A stretch of 63,803 nt of DNA, counting the filler, from Octopus bimaculoides (Eukaryota), in assembly GCF_001194135.2 (NCBI RefSeq). It is 5 parts of 5 records of this genome, joined end to end, with 100 filler letters (N's around TTAATTAATTAA, not from the genome) between each part and the next. Parts side by side here need not be neighbours in the genome. Positions count along the whole stretch, not along the records: positions 31,521 to 55,689 come from NC_069005.1; positions 55,790 to 61,948 come from NC_069010.1; 3 more parts are not named here. The stretch is one strand, 5' to 3'. Shown piece by piece: positions 49,446 to 62,048 of this stretch. The notes beneath the pieces are model-generated. The model worked only from the letters and a program-made list of their open reading frames with translations, made no database searches and was not told where the DNA came from. Within the stretch, counting starts at the first letter, position 1, and every line of letters starts with the position of its first letter. Position numbers and translations under genes: made by a program.

Positions 49446-51088
49446 TGAAGAATGTTTAATTATTAGAAATTTGCTTCCATCATTCAGACACACAAAATCC
49501 ATCACTTATAAGTTTTTAGTTTATCTCTTAGTTTGGAGGGAAGGGTTATGCCAATAATTCTTTGTGTGACCTCTAAGACTGATGGGTTGGAGGGAGATAT
49601 TATGAAACCAAAGAGAACAGAATGGACTTTGTTGAAGACACCCAAGTGCCAGGACGTAGTGTTATAAAGGATGTCGGTTTAAGTCCACTACTCATGGTAG
49701 GCCATGGTGGGACTTGAGGCTAGAATGCTAAGAGCTGGAACAAATACAAGGTATTGTGTCAAACATTGTAATAATTCTGCTAGTCCGCTGCCATTTACTT
49801 GATACTTTGTTGACCCCAAAAGAATGAATGGCAAAAATGATTTTGGCATGATTTGAACCCAGAATGCAAGAAGTTAGGATGAATGCTGTGAGGCATTTTG
49901 TCTGATGCTCTACCAACTCTCTCAATTCACCAATTCTCCGAAACAGATCTGTCCCACTCTAAACTACTGGTCACATGTCTTTACTGGAACAGCTGTTGCA
50001 TGCATGAACATTCTAAACTGTCTTTATCCTCTGAATCATGTACAACTGGTTGGGCAATTGATTTGTCAGAAACAACAGCCTTATTTATTTTGGCCTTCTC
50101 CATTTTGAGTTAAAATTTTGCTGTGGCCAACTTCGCTTTTTATCCCTCCTGGGTCGGTAAAATAAATTACCTTTCAAATATTAGGGAAGTTTTAATCGAC
50201 TAACTCCCCACATTCTTATAAAATTGTTGGTCCTGTGCCTAAATTAGAAACACCTTCCTCAAATTACGTATGCAACACTTTTGATAATGTAGTATTGTAT
50301 ATACAAAAATAAAAAGAAAGAATAGAATGGACGACATGGTCACGGTTGAATCGCCTTTCATCATAGGTTTCTCTCGAGCTGATTATCAAACTTTCGTTCA
50401 CTAATTTCTCATAACCTACTACATGTATACAATCCTTAATTCCGAAAAGCGCCAAATTATTCATACGCTTGTAATTTTATGGTCTTTCTTCATTCCACTT
50501 CATTTACTAATTTATTACGATATAAATAAACTATAATATTATTTAAAGCCTGCATTCATTCCATTGAGTGTGAATGTTTATAAACAAATTGTGCAAAACT
50601 TTTCCCCAGGCTGTGTTTATGTACCTTTACTCGATGTTTGGTTACGTGGGTGTCTTGTTTAATGTGTATTCTTAGATTATCCTAAGCTAACCAGTGATAT
50701 TTTCTTCATAAATATAAGTTGGTAAAAATTTCCATATGGCCTAGTAGGCTGGGCCTATGAATACACTGTAATATTATCCCTTTGAGCTCAAAAACTGAAG
50801 TTCAACCGATGATCAAGACTTAGACAAATCAGAATTTTGTTTTCAAAGTTCGTGGTGGTTTGGGTGAACCAATGCTATTCCTGGGAATTGTGACTTATAA
50901 TCAAGGATATACCCTATGGATATAATGTACTACCATTTGCAAAATCCGAATCATGTTTGGTCCCAAGAGATTATATACCTGTATATTAGTGTTTTCTGTA
51001 AGCACACATTTAAAAAAAAACTTGCGCACACAAGGTTTTCAAGATGAAATCTGATTTTCTTTTCTCTTTTTGTGATTGGGAGTGCATA

Positions 51089-51153
51089 CATACTGATATA
51101 CATCACATATATCTAGAAATTTTGTAGATATATATGTGATGTGCATCAGTATG
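51089..51153. repeat. Near-perfect hairpin (stem of about 27 bp, 9-nt loop) followed by a copy of the 53.2-kb subrepeat
   Basis: CATACTGATATACATCACATATATCTA-GAAATTTTG-TAGATATATATGTGATGTGCATCAGTATG. Confidence 0.8.
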
Positions 51154-53174
51154 CATGTGTGCGCGTCCACCCTTGTTTTTTAATATTAAATTTCGATATA
51201 ATCGTAATCTACACCACCTGAAAGATATCTATAGAAAATTTCATTGAAAAATATCAATTTTTCTGAAAGTTATGAGGAAACAGTGGAAGGGGTCAATCTT
51301 GTGAAGCTATTTTATAAATAATAATTTCTAAAACCAACCCGAGCAACAGATATTGGGGTGATGATGGTTATAGTCGTGTACTTGACTAGTATTTACTTTA
51401 TTGATCCGTGAAAGACGATCGCTTTAGTTGACCTCTGCTGGATTTGAACTTGAAACGTAAATACACGTAACTAGATGTCGCGAAGGCTTTTTGTCCGACG
51501 CTTTACCGTTTCTACCAATTCATCTGATATAGACACAAATCCAGATATTTAAATTTTATTTGGAAGAGAAGCAATGAACCTATCGATTATTGTATCCCAA
51601 TACATAACTTTTTACTTGTTTCATTCATTGGACTGCAGCCATGCTGGGGCATCGCCTTGAAGGGTTTTGTCGAGCAAATCGCCAGTTCACCGTTTTACCA
51701 TGCGTAGATAATTAAATAAAGGACATAGAATTACATGCTCGGCACATTAAAATCTATTCTACATGCTTGGCACATTGAAATCTATTGAACAATCCCTTCT
51801 ACTATAGGCGAAAGGCTTGAAATTTTGTGCGGGGGTACTAGTCAATTACATCGACTGGTACTTAATTTACCAAGACTTGAAAGGATGAAAGGCAAAGTTA
51901 ACCTCAGCGGAATTTGAACTCAGAACATAAAGACAGACGAAATGACGTCAAACATACTGTCCGGCGTGCGAAAAAAGAAAAAGAAAAAAAACGTACCGAT
52001 TACAACGACGAGGGTTCCATCTGATCCAATCAGCAGAACAGCTTGTGGGTAAAATTACTACTTACTCCCAAATAGTAATTTGGGGGAACCAAAATTTGAG
52101 ACCAATATTTTTTGCGCGTTAAAAGTCGCCAATAGTTGATTAGTTTAATTGGTTTTGTGGATGCTGGATAAGCGGGGGCATGTATGGTGCTTGTATGACC
52201 CCTTTCTCAAATGCATTCAACCAAGTATTTGCTAGTTTGTTAGATTGTCTGGGTGTGGTGAAGACACGGTCTAGAAATTTCGTACGCGTGCGTATGTCTT
52301 TTTTTTTCTTATGGTGGGGAGGGGTAATTCTCCCACCTCTTCTCTGTAACAGCTGTTCGTTCCGTCCTCGCTAAGTGAGCAAGCAACAGTACTTCTCGTG
52401 TGGAACGCACATATGTCTCCTTGTGGAGAAAAATTTTCAACTTAGCTTTGGTACAGAAGTTTTCTGTTTAGTTTTCTTTTGTTGCTTTTGTAAGGGGTGT
52501 TTTTTTTTTCTTCTCCAAAACGAAAGTGGAGCTTTTACGATGCTATTTTGGTTAAGTTATAAACGTGAAAGGTCACCACAAATTTTATGTTATTTAATAT
52601 GGCGAAGGTGCTGCGCTAGCAGAGTTGTGAGCACACCGGAGTGTGAAAGCACGTGGCTTAGTGGTTAGGGTATTTGGCTAACGATCGTTAGGTCGTGAGT
52701 TCGGTTCCCAGATAGATTAAGGGTACGTATGTCTGTGGGGTGCTCAACCACTTGCACTATTAATTTCACGAGTAATCTGTTTTGTTGATCGAATCAACTG
52801 GAACACTCGTCATAACCGACAGAGTTAATTTACATCGTATCAGTATTAACTGGAAAATGACAGCTCTTCAGGTATATGCACACACACATGCACACACACA
52901 CACGCACACACTTGCACTAACCCTTATTTCACAGAATATATGCCTCTCGTTGATAATGTTATTATCATTTCATTAGTATATCACAGTTAAAACAGAAAAT
53001 AAATACATCGTAAACCACAAATTCAATTTTGCCGGTCAAGAAATGATACATATTGTTAAACATACTAAATCCTTCCAAACGGTGCCCCAGCTAGGCCGCA
53101 GTCCAATGGCTGAATTCACGAGAAATAGCGAGATGTATATATATTTGTTTTCGGCATTCTTACAGATGCGTGCC

Positions 53175-53815
53175 CCTCCCCCGACTTTGTTTCCTCATAA
53201 CTTCCAGAAAAATGGATATTTTTCTAATGAAATTTTCTGTAAATACGCTTCAGATGGTGGAGATCCCGATTATATCGAAATTTGTTGTGAAAGAACCGAA
53301 AATTAACACAGGTTGGCTTTCTTTGCGGGTATTTCTTTAAAGAAATTTTCCACAAATACTTTTCAGTGTGTAAATTACGATTATATCGAAATTTGATATG
53401 AAAAGAAAAATAGTGAGAACACACACACGCATGTATATTGACACACATCACAATTCTTTTCGAAATGTCAAGTTTCATTTTGTAGATATATATGACGAGC
53501 CCATCAGATTTCTTTTTTCAGATCAGATCCCTTTTTTCATATTAAATTCTGATAAAATCATAATCTAGACATTCTGAAAGGTATTTATAGAAAATTTTAT
53601 TAAAAAATTATTCATATTTCTTAAAGTTACGAGTTAAGAAAGCCGTCTTGTATGAACTTTCCGAAACTCCTCACCCCGTCCTCGGAAAACTTTTTTCACC
53701 ACATGTTTCAATATAATTAGAATCCACATTATCTGAAACGTATTTGTTGAAATTTTCATTTAAAAATATCCATTTTTCTGGAAGTTATATGGCAACAAAG
53801 TTGGTGGGTGGAGAG
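53175..53815. mobile_element. Foldback element of about 640 bp built from four copies of a subrepeat of about 100 bp (two minus, then two plus)
   Basis: GACTTTGTTTCCTCATAACTTCCAGAAAAATGGATATTTT at 53183 mirrors AAAAATATCCATTTTTCTGGAAGTTATATGGCAACAAAGTT at 53762. An inner inverted pair lies at about 53335-53400 and 53540-53630. Confidence 0.7.
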
Positions 53816-54209
53816 ACACACACGTAGGAATGCCTATTCTAATAAATATTCAATGCGGTGTTGAGCATTCAGTCTCTGTTCGATATTTGTATGTCTGTCC
53901 TCCCTCCCTCTCTCCCTCCTTTACTCGTTGCTCACACGTGACCATCGTCCATCCTTCCTTTCCTCACGTGATCTTGTTTCTTTTCCCCCAATCTCTTGTG
54001 CAGTTCGGATGCATTTGTATCTGTCTCTTCTCTTTTATCAAAGAATCTTCCTCAAGCGTTCGCTATTTTTACCTCGTCTGTGCCTAACGGTCCTCCTTGT
54101 TTGTATTCGTTTGGTTTGGTTTGTTGTATGTCCTGTTTTTGTTACAAACTTTGATCCTCTGCAAATCCCCAACGAAGGACAGTTGAACTACAGATCCTTT
54201 CTGTGTCGA

Positions 54210-54835
54210 TGAAAGACAGATCCTTTCTGATTGCTCCCCAGTTAAAATTGCAGAGTATCATGTCGTGGTCTGAGAGGAGAGTTTTTTCAAATGAAATACT
54301 GTGAATGGAGCTAGAGTGGTTGGTTAACATTAGACCCAAGATCGTTTTATTCTGTCTTGTTGGTTTGAGCTCTAGCTGAGTTAGTAAAAATTTATCCATT
54401 TGATTAAAGAGCAATTCTGCTGTTGCTTTATCTCATGTAGAGCATTTGTCTAACTTCAGAGTATTTGTGGGCCAGTTTTTATGCGGGAGGTTAAAATCAC
54501 TCATCACTAGTATGTTTCCGGAGTTGTATATTTGAAAGAAGGACTTGATTTTGTTGAGGCACTCTTCAAAGCACTTTAGAGGTGCTTGGGGAGGCCTGTA
54601 AAGACCAACAATGATTATGTCTTTGGCCTTGTTGAATAGTGATATAGATTCACAATAGTCATTGGAAAATATGTCCTTGGCTTTCGACTGAAAAGGAGTC
54701 ATGGAGAAAGATGGCTGTCCCCCCTTTATTTCGGTCTGTGTGATCTGCACGGATGATGGTGAAATCTTTTATCTTCACCTCGGCATCCATATGTGTGCTG
54801 TTTTGGTGAATTTCAGTAAGAATAAAGAAAGGGAA
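54210..54835 (-). pseudogene. CR1/L2-type APE endonuclease remnant
   Basis: ILTE...DAEVKIKDFTIIRADHTDRNKGGTAIFL; IIIVGLYRPP...ILVMSDFNLPHKNW; LTQLELKPTRQNKTILGLMLTN...LSDHDMI. Split by frameshifts. Confidence 0.9.
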
Positions 54836-55994
54836 GCAATGTACCGTATATATGTGTGTATGCTGCGCGCGCGCGCGCATATATACGGAGCACGGAATTT
54901 TCTCAGTGAACAGGTCGCGGTCTCAAAGCGACGAAAATATTTTGGCAAATTAAATATAAATGTTGAAGTGAATCTAACGATTTTTGTGTGTGTTTTAAAT
55001 GGCTTATAAACACTTTCCACGCTGCAATTGTTTTTGTTTCAGCATACAGTCTCAGATCAGATCACTTGCTATGCAAGTATATCTCCGTAATATATATATA
55101 TATATATATATATAGTTAAAAAAAACACAAAAAACAATAACAAAAAAACAACAAAGTGAGGACGTGATACGGATAGTGTTATTGGACGCTCGGGAAAGGA
55201 AAGNNNNNNNNNNNNNNNNNNNNNNNNNNNNNNNNNNNNNNNNNNNNNNNNNNNNNNNNNNNNNNNNNNNNNNNNNNNNNNNNNNNNNNNNNNNNNNNNN
55301 NNNNNNNNNNNNNNNNNNNNNNNNNNNNNNNNNNNNNNNNNNNNNNNNNNNNNNGTGTAATAACAGAACGTGTGTGCGTATGTATGTGTGTGTGTGTGCG
55401 TGGTTTGGTGGTTTATCTGTTAGTGTGTATGTGTGTGTGTGACGTAGTGGAAGGAATTAGTAGCAGGAATAGTTAGTGGGTGCTTATGGACAATGGTCAG
55501 TGGAAGGTCAGCAGGCAGTTTTTGAGTATGTGTGTGTTTGTGTGAGGTTGTAGGTGTTGGGTGCGTGCGTGTGTGTGTATTTTGTACGTGCGCGCGTGTG
55601 TATGTGTATGTTGTGTATATGTGCGTTGCTGTGTACGTGTGTGTGCGTGTGTATGTGTATGTGGGTGTGTGCGCGTGTGTGTGTATGTGNNNNNNNNNNN
55701 NNNNNNNNNNNNNNNNNNNNNNNNNNNNNNNNNTTAATTAATTAANNNNNNNNNNNNNNNNNNNNNNNNNNNNNNNNNNNNNNNNNNNNATACACAGACA
55801 CATACATATATATATATATAGGTATATACATATGCACATCCACTACGTGAATCGCCAAAGGTATTCCTTATCTTTCGAACCTGCAGCTTCAAAAGAGCAG
55901 CTATATCTTCTCAGATCACACAGTACCATTCTAAATAAGGAAGGTCACTCTAGATAACGTAGCCTTTAGTATGCAAAACAAACAAAAAACAAAC

Positions 55995-56540
55995 ACAAAA
56001 AGGTCACGACTGGATCACCATTGATCATAGGTGTGTTCAAACAGCGCTGACCTTGGGTTAAATAACGACACCAAAAACCGCAAGCGTTCGTTTAAGGGTC
56101 AAGCAAAGAAACTCTTTCGTGATCCTTGGATCTGTTAGAAATAGCAGCGAAATTTCCTTCAAACCACAGCTGAGTGAGTTTCAATAAGAAAGAAAGACAT
56201 TGGATAATGTAATTCTAGATACACTATGGCAGAATAAAAAGGCAGGATGGTCACACCTGGAACGCCTTTGATGGATCAAGGCTGACCCGGGGCTAAACAA
56301 CGAATAAGGAAGGACATTAAATGAAGTGTTCTTAGATTGGCTTTGTCTGAATAAAAGACTGGATGGTCATAGGTGGAACGCCTTTGGTCCTGGGGCTAAA
56401 CAACAACATCAGCAAGGAAGGACGCTTTAGATGATGTAGTCCTAGATACACGATGTCTCAATAGAAGACAGGATGGTCACAGCTGGAACGTCTTTGATCA
56501 TAGGTCTGCTGGATCAGCACTGACCTTGGGCTAAACAACT
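55995..56540 (-). repeat. Head-to-tail array of about four family E units
   Basis: Repeated GGATGGTCAC...GGAACG.CTTTG...GGGCTAAACAAC ends at about 56068, 56303, 56405 and 56539. Confidence 0.75.
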
Positions 56541-56726
56541 ACACACACACACACACGTAAGGGCTTCTTTCAGTTTCCATCTATAAAAATCCATTCAGAA
56601 GGCTATGGTCAACCTGAGGCTAGAAGAAGAAAAGACACATGCCCAAGGTGCCACACAAGGCGACTGAACCCAGAACCATGTGGTTTGGAAGCAAATTATT
56701 TTACCACACAGCCACGCCTGCACCTA

Positions 56727-56915
56727 TATGAGTCCAGGACATTTACCCCCACCATGGACAATAGCCACCCCACCCCCCTGAGGACAACAGATGATGATTT
56801 AAAACTTATTAATATATTGGAGAAGGGGTAATTAATCAAGGAGGGTAATTGTCCTAGGGGGTAGTTGTCATCAGGGGGATTCTCCTAGGGGGGAGGGGGG
56901 TAACTGGCCTGATAC
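56727..56915. mobile_element. MITE with GGACA(A/T)TTACCCCC / GGGGGTAA(T/C)TG subterminal repeats
   Basis: A C-run-rich left arm mirrors a G-run-rich right arm. Confidence 0.55.
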
Positions 56916-56973
56916 AACCTAGATATATATGTAGATATGCGTGTGTGTGTATATAGATATATTTATATATATC

Positions 56974-57356
56974 GTGGCACTCCGTCGCTGACGACGTCGA
57001 GGATTCCAGTTAATCCAATCAACGGAACAGCCTGCTCGTGAAATTAACGTGCAAGTGGCTGAGCACTCCACAGACACGTGTACCCTTAACGTAGTTCTCG
57101 GGGGATATTCAGCGTGACACAGTGTGACAAGGCTGGCCCTTTGAATTACAGGTACAACAGAAACAGGAAGTAAGAGTGAGAGAAAGTTGTGGTGAAAGAG
57201 TACAGCAGGGTTCGCCACCATCCCCTGCCGGAGCCTCATGGAACTTTTAGGTGTTTTTCGCTCAATAAACACTCACAACGCCCGGTCTGGGAATCGAAAC
57301 AGTGATCCTACAACCGCTAGTCTGCTGCCCTAACCACTGGGCCATTGCGCTTCTAC
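56974..57356 (-). mobile_element. Full-length tRNA-derived SINE family C
   Basis: Minus-strand head with A box TGGCCCAGTGGTTAG and B box GTTTCGATTCC. The 3' tail CACTTGCACGTTAATTTCACGAGCAGGCTGTTCCGTTG...GACGGAGTGCCAC is shared with 52645-52825 and about 52000-52060. Confidence 0.85.
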
Positions 57357-58120
57357 TCTCTCTCTCTATATATACACACACACACACATACAACAGACCA
57401 ACTTATCTGTATGTAATGCAGGTGTATATGCGAGTGTATATCAGTGTGAGCATATGTAACGTGTGCGTGTGTGTGTTATCCTCTGCATGTATGTATGTGT
57501 GTGAGTGAGTGCACGTATGTATGTGTGTGAGTGAGTGCACGTGTGTATGTGGATGTGTGTGCATGCATATGAGCATTGAGCATGTGTATGTTTGAATGCA
57601 AGTATGGTTATCTATAAGTGTGTTTATGTGTGTGTCTGTGCGTATGTGTGTGTGCATGCATGCACGTGTGTGTGCTTGTGTGTGCATGTGTGCGTTTGCG
57701 TATCTCTATTCCTACCAAAGAGGCCAGTAGAACACTATAAATAGAAATAGGCCATAAACAATGTGTTTTGGTTTTATCTTTATCATTTTTTTTTGTGTGT
57801 GTATGTGTGTATGTACGTATGTGTGTGTGTGTATTACTGGAAATGAAATCACAGCCCAAACATGGCCTGTAGTAGGCCACCTTCAGGTAAAGAGTGATAG
57901 AAGACTATGCACACGTGTGTGTATATGTGTGTGTATATATATATATATATACACACATACACATATACTATAATGTAAGAACTACAAACCATATATTAGG
58001 GTATGTTTTACTCGGTGCAAATGTTACCTGATATAGCTAGAACTCAATACTTGGTGTAGAGTAGAAAGAGGTTTAGAGTTGACTAGTTTCCTTTATAGAA
58101 CACACCCATAATAAATAAAT

Positions 58121-58164
<44 letters not shown>

Positions 58165-58665
58165 NNNNNNNNNNNNNNNNNNNNNNNNNNNNNNNNNNNN
58201 NNNNNNNNNNNNNNNNNNNNNNNNNNNNNNNNNNNNNNNNNNNNNNNNNNNNNNNNNNNNNNNNNNNNNNNNNNNNNNNNNNNNNNNNNNNNNNNNNNNN
58301 NNNNNNNNNNNNNNNNNNNNNNNNNNNNNNNNNNNNNNNNNNNNNNNNNNNNNNNNNNNNNNNNNNNNNNNNNNNNNNNNNNNNNNNNNNNNNNNNNNNN
58401 NNNNNNNNNNNNNNNNNNNNNNNNNNNNNNNGTTACCGGTGAGTGTGTTAAATTTTAAGGCACGATAAGAAAATGACTCTCCCCAGACACAACAGAATAT
58501 GCTTCAACACACAAACTCACATAAAGAATCCTGCAAACCAAATCCAAAAACGAAATATATATATATATATATATAAGTCACAATATATGAATTCAGTTAA
58601 TCTAGTGGTATACATAAAAAGGCTCCTTAGTTTATCATTATACAAAACGTAGGATATATCGTATA

Positions 58666-58832
58666 GTGGAGGCACAATGGCCCAGTGGTTAGGGCAGCGG
58701 ACTCGCAGTCATAGGATCGTGGTTTCGATTCCCAGACAGGGCGTTGTGAGTGTCTATTGAGCGAAGACACCTAAAGCTCCATGAAGCTCCGGCAGGGGAT
58801 GGTGGCGAACCCTGCTGTACTCTTTCACCACA
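58666..58832 (+). mobile_element. SINE family C, 3'-truncated
   Basis: Near-identical to the head half of 56974-57356 on the opposite strand. Confidence 0.85.
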
Positions 58833-58837
58833 GCTTG

Positions 58838-59440
58838 TCACTCAACTGAGGCTATCTGTTTTCATGGATCAACTAAAATTTGCTTCTTTCACAGCTCAAT
58901 ATGAAACTGCTTACTCTTTTTGTGACTAAGAGAGGCTCATGCCTTTCATAGCTCAACTTGCACTTTCCTTCACTACGAGACATAAGTCTTTTGTCACTCA
59001 ACTAACTGCTTTCATGGATCAGCTAACTGCTTTCATGGATCAGCTAACTGCTTTCATGGATCAGCTAACTGCTTTCATGGCTCACTCCTTTCATAGCTCA
59101 ACTGAGACTTCCATCTTTCACAAATCCTCATGAGACTTGCTCTTTCTTTGATTAATAGAAGCTCATTTCTTTCATAGCACAAATGTGACTTGCTTCTTTT
59201 CTGACCCAACACAAAACATGCTCCTATCGTGGCTCATAGGAGCTCATGCTTCTGGCGACTCAACCAAAGTGTGCTTCTTCCAAGGCTCAGTACGACATCG
59301 CTGATCCTCTGGCTCAATAGCAGCCTACGATTTCTGCAACTCAGTAGAAGCCCACATCCTTCATAGCTCACTAGAAACTTGTTCCTTTCATGGCACAAGT
59401 AAGGATCACTCAATAACTGGTGGCTCAGTTGAGACTAGAC
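58838..59440. repeat. Old minisatellite of about 27 bp with a nested, near-perfect 21-bp array
   Basis: Degenerate units approximately GGCTCAACTGAGACTTGCTTCTTTCAT. TCAGCTAACTGCTTTCATGGA occurs 3-4 times at about 58998-59080. Confidence 0.8.
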
Positions 59441-59937
59441 ACAGAAGCGGCACACCAACAGCTCCCCTGTTTCCACAGTACAGTGTTGCTCTGTTCTTGG
59501 CTTGCTACACACTCTCACAGTCGGAGGCTCTTGCAGACAATTGAAGTGTTCGTTGGTGGTATGAGATAAACATAGACCACTCAAAGATTTTACGATACCA
59601 ACAATTAACAGGAAAATACATTGAATTCTTCCAAGAATCCCATGTTTTTGTTTGTTTGTTCCATATCATTTTTATTGGTATGATGCATACACACACACAC
59701 ACACACATGCATGCGTATACATACATGTATTAATGTGCAAGTGTGTATATGTATGCGTGTTTTATTTATTTATTTATTTATTTATGTGTTTCAGCCAAGT
59801 GGCTGCGGTCATGCTGGTGCACCACCGTGTATGTATTTTTCTGAATTTGCTTTTAGCTGGAAATATACACACACACACACATANNNNNNNNNNTTTAGCT
59901 GGAAATATACACACACACACACATATATGCAAACTAT

Positions 59938-59979
<42 letters not shown>

Positions 59980-60093
59980 TATCTATATAAATATATACAT
60001 ACACACACGTATCTATACACATGTGCATGTGTGTGTGTGTATATAAATATATACATGCATACACAAACACATATATATACACATACAATATAG

Positions 60094-60124
<31 letters not shown>

Positions 60125-61369
60125 CATACATACACATGTGTGTATATATACATACATGTGTGTGTACATCTATTTGCATNNNNNNNNNNNNNNNNNNNNN
60201 NNNNNNNNNNNNNNNNNNNNNNNNNNNNNNNNNNNNNNNNNNNNNNNNNNNNNNNNNNNNNNNNNNNNNNNNNNNNNNNNNNNNNNNNNNNNNNNNNNNN
60301 NNNNNNNNNNNNNNNNNNNNNNNNNNNNNNNNNNNNNNNNNNNNNNNNNNNNNNNNNNNNNNNNNNNNNNNNNNNNNNNNNNNNNNNNNNNNNNNNNNNN
60401 NNNNNNNNNNNNNNNNNNNNNNNNNNNNNNNNNNNNNNNNNNNNNNNNNNNNNNNNNNNNNNNNNNNNNNNNNNNNNNNNNNNNNNNNNNNNNNNNNNNN
60501 NNNNNNNNNNNNNNNNNNNNNNNNNNNNNNNNNNNNNNNNNNNNNNNNNNNNNNNNNNNNNNNNNNNNNNNNNNNNNNNNNNNNNNNNNNNNNNNNNNNN
60601 NNNNNNNNNNNNNNNNNNNNNNNNNNNNNNNNNNNNNNNNNNNNNNNNNNNNNNNNNNNNNNNNNNNNNNNNNNNNNNNNNNNNNNNNNNNNNNNNNNNN
60701 NNNNNNNNNNNNNNNNNNNNNNNNNNNNNNNNNNNNNNNNNNNNNNNNNNNNNNNNNNNNNNNNNNNNNNNNNNNNNNNNNNNNNNNNNNNNNNNNNNNN
60801 NNNNNNNNNNNNNNNNNNNNNNNNNNNNNNNNNNNNNNNNNNNNNNNNNNNNNNNNNNNNNNNNNNNNNNNNNNNNNNNNNNNNNNNNNNNNNNNNNNNN
60901 NNNNNNNNNNNNNNNNNNNNNNNNNNNNNNNNNNNNNNNNNNNNNNNNNNNNGTACTCGAGTGGTACTTTATTAAAATCAACCCACCCTCACCACCGCCA
61001 ACACCACCACCACACATGCACAAGGATGAGCGAAGGCATGTGGCCAAGCGGTTAGGGTGTTCCACTCATGATTGTGAGGTTGCAGGTTCGATACCTAGAC
61101 CAGGTAGTGCATTGTTGATTCATGAGCAAACGGGCCATTTCATATTGCCCTCAGTCCACTCGGCCGCAAATGCATGACCCTACAACTGACAGGCCCCTCT
61201 GTTAAAGGGGGGGGATGTTATGGTCTTGACCACTTATAAGCCATGGGAGCTGGGCAACTGGCCCCATGAGAGCTAGGATTTCAGACAGTGGCGTATAGAG
61301 GTTGTTGATGATGATGATGATGATGATGAAGAATTTTGCTTCCCAACCGCACGGTTCTGGGTTCAGACG

Positions 61370-61600
61370 AAGGGCAAAAATATGTTCAGTTGTAGATCTG
61401 TTTGGCATGAATCTCACTCGTTGTGGGCAGCATGTTTCTAATGTTGGGAAGAGCACAGCTGAGGAGGACCTTGGTGAAGAACTTGCTCGGGTTGGAGAAG
61501 AGGGTGATGCCCCTGTGGCTGCTGGGAAGGGGTCTTGAATTTACCAGGACCATCACATGCAGAATTGTTGATGCTTCATTTAAATCATCAAGAACATCTG
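61370..61600 (-). pseudogene. RTE-type RT fragment
   Basis: SHRGITLFSNPSKFFTKVLL, then (shifted frame) QRVRFMPNRSTTEHIFALR. Confidence 0.75.
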
Positions 61601-62048
61601 ATAGCAGCATCACATTTCCAATAAAAAAACTGTGTGCCAGCCCACAGCCTTCTCTCTCTCTCTCTCTCTCCCCTTTTCCTTTTCCAATAGGGGTCATGGC
61701 CAATGCCAGTCTCATGTAACTGACTTGTAAAAAGTACCCTTTGAACATTGAGCAATGAGAAGACCTGGTGCCAGTACCTGGTACTTGTACCAGTGGAATG
61801 TAAAAAGCACCCACTACACTTTTGGAGTGGTTGGTGTTCCATACATCCAGCTATACAGTTACGTATGTATCTGCCTGTTCTTAACTACGGTAGTGTAACT
61901 AGAGGGGTCAGTCTACTGACCCCTCAGTAAAGCTCAGTAAAGCTGAAGNNNNNNNNNNNNNNNNNNNNNNNNNNNNNNNNNNNNNNNNNNNNTTAATTAA
62001 TTAANNNNNNNNNNNNNNNNNNNNNNNNNNNNNNNNNNNNNNNNNNNN

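Noticed and set aside
44250-50110. Several short open frames with partial splice signals (e.g. 47412-47490 +, 48700-48775 +, 49975-50110 -)
   Set aside because: They cannot be linked into a consistent gene model, the splice sites are weak, and one ATG comes from a SINE.
58666-58745. tRNA-like sequences (also 6893, 52645, 57280, 61030)
   Set aside because: They have A and B boxes but no acceptor stem, and they continue into SINE bodies, so they are SINE heads rather than tRNA genes.
58995-59085. 21-bp direct repeats as a CRISPR array
   Set aside because: The repeats are contiguous with no unique spacers, there are no cas genes, and the context is eukaryotic.
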